The notes under the pieces were generated by a model. The model saw only the letters and a program-made list of their open reading frames with translations. It was not told the DNA's origin and ran no database searches. A program made the translations under genes and the position numbers. A stretch of 64,000 nucleotides of DNA from the human T2T-CHM13v2.0 reference genome, Homo sapiens, in assembly GCF_009914755.1 (NCBI RefSeq), contig NC_060942.1; one strand, written 5' to 3'. Shown in pieces: positions 56,681-64,000 of the stretch. Position 1 is the first letter of the stretch; every line of letters begins with the position of its first letter.

Positions 56681-58431
56681 TACTCTGTGTTAATCTCCAA
56701 CTATTCTCAGTCAGGATAGTCATCCTCTTTTTTTTTTTCTCTCTCTTCCTGCAGGTCTAATAAAAACAATAAACAGATAAATGATGTCAAGAAATATTTG
56801 AGTAAAACCATTATTGCTTGTTTTTTTCCAATTTGAAAAGCTATATTTTGCATCTTCAAAAAAATCTGTGCAGTTTTATTGTACTGTTTATACAGGGAAC
56901 CACAAGAGAATGTCAAGCTCAAGCTATTGACTATTTCTGTATTGTAAATATTGCTTGCGACACGTTTTTGTGAAGAGATAATGTATTGGGAAGTTTGTTT
57001 ATGTTGGAGAAGAATAAGACTTTCCTATCAGGTATGAAATATTCCTGAAAGAAAAGGTATGAGAAGATACATTAGAGCAGACTGAGATTTTATTATGTGT
57101 AACTGCTCAGATTTCAGAAACAGATTTGAAATCTCTATAGATGCATCAGGAGAGATCAGTGAATTTCAGTTTTGAAGAGTAGACACAAAGAAAAAGTAAT
57201 GGAAACATCTCCATCAAAAAGTGCAGCTCAACCTGTTAAAATAGGGTTGGGAAATATATGATTTCTACCCCAGATGCTTTGTGGAGATGTGATTGAGGAC
57301 AATTTCCAGTCACCATCGAATGCTAATATCAATTGACTGATGAATATTTATTAACACAACTGGAGCAGCAACCTGTAGGTCAAAATGACTTACGGGATGT
57401 AGAGCACAATATACTTAGAAGAAAACATATACACACCTATGAATATAGTAATCTGAAAAATTCTATGCATATCTTAGTATGTGAAAGAATAGATGATCAA
57501 TACATGATGTATTTTAATACTGCTATTCTAGTTTTACTTCTATTATAACTTTAATTATAAATATTTATAAGAAAAATACTTGTTTATCTTTCTTTGTCAT
57601 TATTTTTAACTCAACAATTGTACCAAAACTTCGCCTATAGGGATCTTATTTTCCCAATCCAAATATTAATTATTTGTGAATTGTACTTTATTTAGCTCTA
57701 ATACATTAATTTATGTACAATTTGACTCAAGATTTTGTAACTTTAAAAATGCAACTCTGTATAAATGAATGAAACTCATGAATAAGTTTCAGAATAAATG
57801 AGCAAATGAATTTCACTCTAGAAATGAATCAGATTTTCTTGTCTGATTACATTTTATATAGCCAGTTCCTTAATCTTATTGAAGTAAAGGTATTTATTTA
57901 TCCTTAATGATAGCATAACATTTTATGACATTTTTATTTTTAATCTTTTATTAGAAAGTCTAAACTAATAGAAAATAATTTATAATCTACATTCAGCCAC
58001 ACAAAAGGAAATGTGTATTATGGCTTTCTTTTGCAAATTGGTTTCTCATGACATCATTAATTTAGATTTCCTTTCTCTTGTAAGAGTTTTTACAATTATT
58101 TTAGTACTAAATAAATTATATAATAGATAAAATAGGTATAAAAAGAGAGAAAATAATATAGCATACCCTTGTATTGCCATCAGCCAAATTATTTCAGGTT
58201 AATATTTTATCTATTTCAACTAAATGAAAGTAGTTTACATATTCTTAAAAAATTATCGCTAGTGGTAAAGCCGTAGCATTTTCTAAATTCATTTTCTTTT
58301 ATTCCCACTCACTCACCTAGGTATAATACATATATTTTATTATGTATAATTACTGTTATAGGTTAAATTATGACACTGATAATTGTTGAAATTTTATTGC
58401 AGTTTTCATTGGGACCCCAATTAACTTCTTA

Positions 58432-58779
<348 letters not shown>

Positions 58780-60711
58780 TTAATAATACATATAGACAGA
58801 GTTTTTATTCCTTCTTTTTGCATTATAATACCTTTTCAATTAAATAGAATCTTATTTCCTATACTTGTGAGGATGATCTTAACAATTTTTGTAAAGTTTT
58901 CTTTCCACTACAAATGTTCAGTATCTTCTTGAACAAGTACACTGTCCTATGTCAGCTTTAATAGATTTTTCTCTTTGCCCCTTGGTGAATGTTTGGATGA
59001 AACAACTTTTCTTCCAGCTGTTAATACCACTCTGATGAAAACTCAAACCAAATTGACAAGCTAGTAGAAACAGAGATAGATGGTGAAACTCTAGTGATTT
59101 CATCCTTTGAAAAAGTGACTGATAAAAAAAATATAGGCTTCCTTTGGAGTAAAAAGAGAAATGATTCAAGGCTTTATTTCTCATGGGTCAGTATGTTATG
59201 TGCTACTTTTTCCCCTCTTTATGGAACTATATCCTGTTTATGAATAATGCCTTTTGAAACATCAGCATTCACAGAAAGGTTATGAGTGTGTCACAAAAAT
59301 TCACTAGCCTATATTCTACCCCTTTAAAAGTCAGCTCTAGTTGGAATGAACATCACTCGGATAAATAAGAACTTTATCCCACACTACAACTTGTGCTTAA
59401 GAGCTTATTCCCCAGCATAATTCCCAATTCCCAGGTATATTCCGAGCAAAAGAAAATGCAAAGTCATATCACATTTAGTAGCAACATTTTCCCCAAACTT
59501 GTGAAAAACCAAACATTGATGATCACTCTCCTTTCTCTCTAGAGAAACATATTTCATCGCCTACTCAACTGCTTGTTTTTCTCTATTAAGCCTGGCAAAA
59601 ATAATTTTCCTAAAACTATCAACACAAGAGTATTTGGAGATCACAGTAACATCTTTAACAAGTGCTTATTATTTATATTATAACATTTCTTTCAAAAACC
59701 CTGTAGCAATTGGCATTAGAAGAAAAATTATTTTCAAAAATCAATGTCCTTTTCTTCCAACATGAGATGCCTTTATTGTGCTTATTTTGGGTTGCTTGTT
59801 TATCAGCATAGACTAAAGGATATTTTGTCAGTATAACAAAGTTCTCTGTTAGTTGAGAAATAAAAGATTGTGGTATAAATGTATTGTCAGATCAGGAAAG
59901 GGTTAAAAATAAAGGTAATTGCATTCAATTTAATAAGTACAACTCAAACTAATTCAGGCTTATAAGCAAACAGCAGCAGACAGATTTAAGAAAAGTAATT
60001 GTCTACTCAGGCTTTTACTGAGCTAAATTGAACTGAGCAAATTTTTTACTTTTACTAAATTGAACTGAGCAAATCTCAACTCTTATCAGAAAGACCAAGG
60101 CAAAGAATTACATGTATGTACAATTAGTATGTAAAGTTGATTCAATAGCACGAAATGTACGCTTTACATGTTAAGGCTAGGGAGATGGGAGGTTGTGAGA
60201 CAGCTGGTGAGACTGTATCATGTCCACAGTTCATTAAAAGAGATTTTCATGGAGGCATACATTATGTTATAAAAGTGAATTCTGAAGTATCGTCTTTCTC
60301 CACTGTGCTTTCATGACACTTTGAGAATTTATTTAACACTCTTCATAACTCATCATGGCTATTTGTCTCTTAATGCCACATTAATATCTTCAGTATTTTT
60401 TATGAGCAATCAAACATTTTCCAGAATAAATTAGAATTAATATGCCAATTAATTTACTTAAACCATGTATCACCCCTTCTATAATGTAATGATTTTGTCC
60501 CCATTCTCATACATTCTTTGGAGGGCCAATGAAAACACAATGTTTTGTGTGTTTTGTAACAATCAAATGCTAATTAAAATGTGCAGTGATAGGCAAAATT
60601 AGAATCTATCAGTCACCTATGTATAATAGGTGAATTCTAAAAAGAATGATTTTTAATAGTATTTATCATTATTAAGTGTTTAATTATTAATTTAAAACAT
60701 TTATATGCTTA

Positions 60712-60830
60712 CTCCTTCATTTACTTATCAAATATTACTGAATACATATAATATTCTGGACACTGTTCAAGAAACTAGAGATGGTGGAAAACAAGATATA
60801 GAACATGGAACTAACTGGAAGCAGACATAT
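60712..60830 (-). mobile_element. L2 3' end
   Basis: TCATTTACTTATCAAATATTACTGAATAC...GGACACTGTTCAAG...AAAACAAGATATAG. Confidence 0.55.
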
Positions 60831-61494
60831 TAGGAATTTCTCAAATGTTTGGGGACTTGTTAATTATAGAATATACAACCCATCATGCAATTTGGTATGA
60901 ACAGATTATTTGCTATTAAGGCAGCTTTAGAAGCAGTTGGATTAAAATTTATCTTGATAGTTGTATACTATCTATTAAATACTTTTTTCTTTTTTCCCTT
61001 TTTTCTAGATTTTTCTTGATTATATTTCTTTTATCTAGGGTTTACAATATATTTCTGTGATTAATCAAAGTGTAGATTGGAATTGGTATTATCCTTTGTT
61101 CCATGTAATTCATAAATCTTGCAACAATATATTCCCAGTGTTTTGTTCCCATCTTTTTGTGCTATTGTTATACATTTTACTTTTCACAGATTTTGTTGCA
61201 AAAATTATTATTTTTGTTTTGAAAATACAGTTTTCATTTAGAAATATTAAAAATGAGAAAATTTATTTTATCTTTTTTATTTCTATTTTATAATTTGTAA
61301 GTAGCACTTTATCAAAGGAATAGGTACTAAGCATTCAAAAAAAATATTGCATGGGTTAATTTCATAAGGAATATGGTAAACAGCTAACTGCATGTTGAGG
61401 TAATGGTCATCACCCAGTTTTTACTCAAAGCTAAATGAGAGCTAAGTATGTGTTATTATTTAAAGTGTACATCAGACTATGTAGAAACACAGAC

Positions 61495-63774
61495 TGATTT
61501 GGCCTGGCTCTGTGTCCCATCAAAATCTCATCTTGAATTGTAATTCCCATACGTCAATAAAGGGACCTGATGGGATGTGTTTGGATCATGGCAGCAGTTT
61601 CTCTAATGCCGTTCTTGTGATAGTGAGTGAGTTCTCACAAGATCTGATGGTTTAAAAGTGGAACTTCCCCCTTCATGTGTGCTCTCTTTCCTTCTCTCCT
61701 TCCACCTTGTGAAGAAGCTGTCTGCTTCTCCTTTGTCTCCTACCACAATTGTTACTTTCCTGAGGCCTCCCCAGCCATGTGGAACTGTGAGTCAGTTAAA
61801 CCTCTTTCCTGTACAAATTACCCAGTCTCAGATAGTTCTCTATAGTAGTGTGAAAATGAACTAATACTGAAAACTGGTACCAGCAGGATGAGGTACTGCT
61901 GTAAAGATAACCTGAAAATGTGGAAGCAACTTTCAAATTGGGTAATGTGCAGAGGTAATGGGAACAGTTTGTTGAATGGTTTTGATCAAAATGCTGATAG
62001 TGATATGCACAATGAAATCCAGGCTGAGGTGGTCTCAGATAAAGCTGAGGAACTTTCTGGGAACTGAAGCAAAGGTCACTCTTGCTATGCTTTAGCAAAG
62101 AGACTCATGGCATTTTGCCCCTGCCTGAGAGATCTGTGGAACTTTGAACATGAGAGAGATGATTTAGGGTATCTGACAGAAGAAATTTCTAAGCAGCAAA
62201 GCATTCAAAATGTAACCTGGCTGATGCTGCAAGCATTTAGTCATATGTGTTCACAAAGAGATAGCTTGAAATCAGAACATGTTTAAAAAGGAAGCAGAGC
62301 ATAAAGATTTGGAAAGTTTGCAGTCTGACCATGTGGTAGAAAAGAAAAAAAAAACACATTTTCTGGGGAGGAATTCAAGCCTGCTGCAGAAATTTGCATT
62401 AGTAGCAAGGAGCCAAATGTTAATCACTGAGACAATGGGGAAAAAACCTCCAGGCCGTTTCGGAGATCTTCACAGTAGCCCCTCCTATTACAGGCCTGGA
62501 GGCCTAGGAGGGAAAAATGGTTTGGTGGGCTGGGCCTAATGCCCCCTGCTTTGTGCAGCCTGAGACTTGGTCCCCTGTGTCCCAGCCATTCCAGTTCCAG
62601 CTCTGGCTAAAAGGGGCTGGGGTACAGCTGGGCCATTGCTTCAGAGTGTGCAAGCCCCAAGAACTGGAGGCTTCCATGTGGTATTTGGCCTGCGGGTATA
62701 CAGAAGACAAGAGTTGAAGTTTGGGAACCCTTGCCTAGATTTCAGGCAGTGTATGGAAATGCATGGATGTCCAGGAAGAAGTCTGCTGCAGGGGTGGAGC
62801 CCTCATGGAGAACCTCTGCTAGGGCAGTGCAGATGGAAAATGTGGGGTTGGAACCCCTACACAGAGTCAACACTGGGGCACTGTTTAGTAAAACTGTGAG
62901 AAGAGGGCCATTGTTCTACGGACCCCAGAAAAGTTGATTCACCAACAACTAGCACCACATGCCTGGAAAAGCCACAGGCACTCAACACCAGCCCTGCAGA
63001 GCCACAGGTGAGGAGCCACACAAGGCCATGGGAGCCCACCTCTTGCATGCCCTGGTTGTGAGGCATGGAGTAAAGGGAGATTTTTGAGCTTTAAGATTTA
63101 ATGACTTCCTGACTGGGTTTTGGACTTGCATGGGGCCTATGGCACCTTTATTTTGGCCAATCTGTCCCATTTGAAATAAGAATATTTACCAAATGCCTCT
63201 ACCCCTATTGTATCTTTGAGATAACTAACTTGTTTTTGATTTTTACAAGTTAATAGGTAGAAGAGACTTGACTTGTCTCAGATGAATCTTTGGACTTGGA
63301 CTTTTGAGTTAATGCTGAATGAGTTAAGACTTTGGGGAACTGTTGGAAAGGCATGATTGATTTTACAATGTGAGAAGAACATGATATTTTGGAGGGGTCA
63401 GGGTCAGAATGATCTGGTTTTGCTCTGTGTCCCCACCCAAATCTCATCTTGAATTTCAATCCCCATGTCTCAACAGAAGGACCTGGTGGGAGGTGATTGG
63501 GTCATTGGGTGGTTTCCTCCATGCTGTCATCATGATAGTAAGTTCTCATGAGATCTATTGGTTTCAAAGTGGAACCTCTCCCTTCACTCTCTCTTTCTGT
63601 CTTCTGATGCCTTGTGAAGAAAATGTTTGCTTCTCCGTTGCCTTCCAACATGATTGTAACTGTCCTGAGGCCTCCTCAGCCATATAGAACTGTGCATCAA
63701 CTGAACATCTTTCCTTTATAAATTACCCAGTCTCAGGTAGCTTTTTTATAACAGTGTGAAAATGAACTAATAAG
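61495..63774 (+). mobile_element. Full-length THE1D MaLR element (LTR-int-LTR)
   Basis: 5' LTR 61495-61868, internal region 61869-63409 (GAAAACTGGTACCAG... to the polypurine tract TTTGGAGGGGTCAGGGTCAGAA), 3' LTR 63410-63774, and a perfect TSD CAGAC. Confidence 0.95.
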
Positions 63775-63799
63775 CAGACTTTATTTTAACCATTTCTGT

Positions 63800-64000
63800 T
63801 GATCTTTATTTTGTTTTGCAGATTCACATTTCTGTTGAGTATTATATTTTCTTTCCTGTTCTTCTTTTAACATTTTGTAGTGCAGATGTCTTGGTACTGA
63901 ATTGTGTCCTATGTTTGTCTGAAAAAGTACTTTTCTCCTTTTTGGGGAAAGATATTTTCACTATATAGAATTCTTTTTTTTGGCAGTGATTTTGCTCCTG
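63800..64000 (-). mobile_element. Old L1M ORF1 fragment
   Basis: TTTGTCTGAAAAAGT...AAGATATTTTCACTATATAGAATTCT is the reverse L1 ORF1 C-terminus. Confidence 0.6.

Noticed and set aside
52727-57130. Short 8-10-bp-arm AT-rich hairpins (52727, 55198, ~57109)
   Set aside because: Expected by chance in very AT-rich DNA.

Overview
AT-rich primate (most likely human) gene-desert DNA, dominated by transposable elements. It holds about 11 Alus, several old L1s, L2/MIR relics, MaLR LTRs (THE1/MST/MLT1), a TSD-flanked full-length THE1D element, MER21, MER1B and MADE1. A near-complete but decayed HERV-L provirus (MLT2A 5' LTR, gag-pro-RT-RNaseH-IN-dUTPase, no env, no 3' LTR) lies at about 43.7-49.6 kb. 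No intact protein-coding gene is present, and nearly all listed ORFs are repeat-derived. Two + strand exon-like segments (starting at 10793 and at 12915/13021) match, from memory, the alternative 3' exons of the cancer/testis lncRNA-microprotein gene TAG/CT49/LINC01194 (5p15.2); this needs a BLAT check. The most unusual sequence-level features are a ~255-bp inverted copy of an L1/THE1 junction 2.9 kb from its source, several nested palindromic templated-insertion scars, and a TSD-bounded L1MA with a multi-kb internal deletion. I found no convincing evidence of a new multi-gene system. Repeat subfamily names come from recalled consensus sequences and boundaries are approximate.
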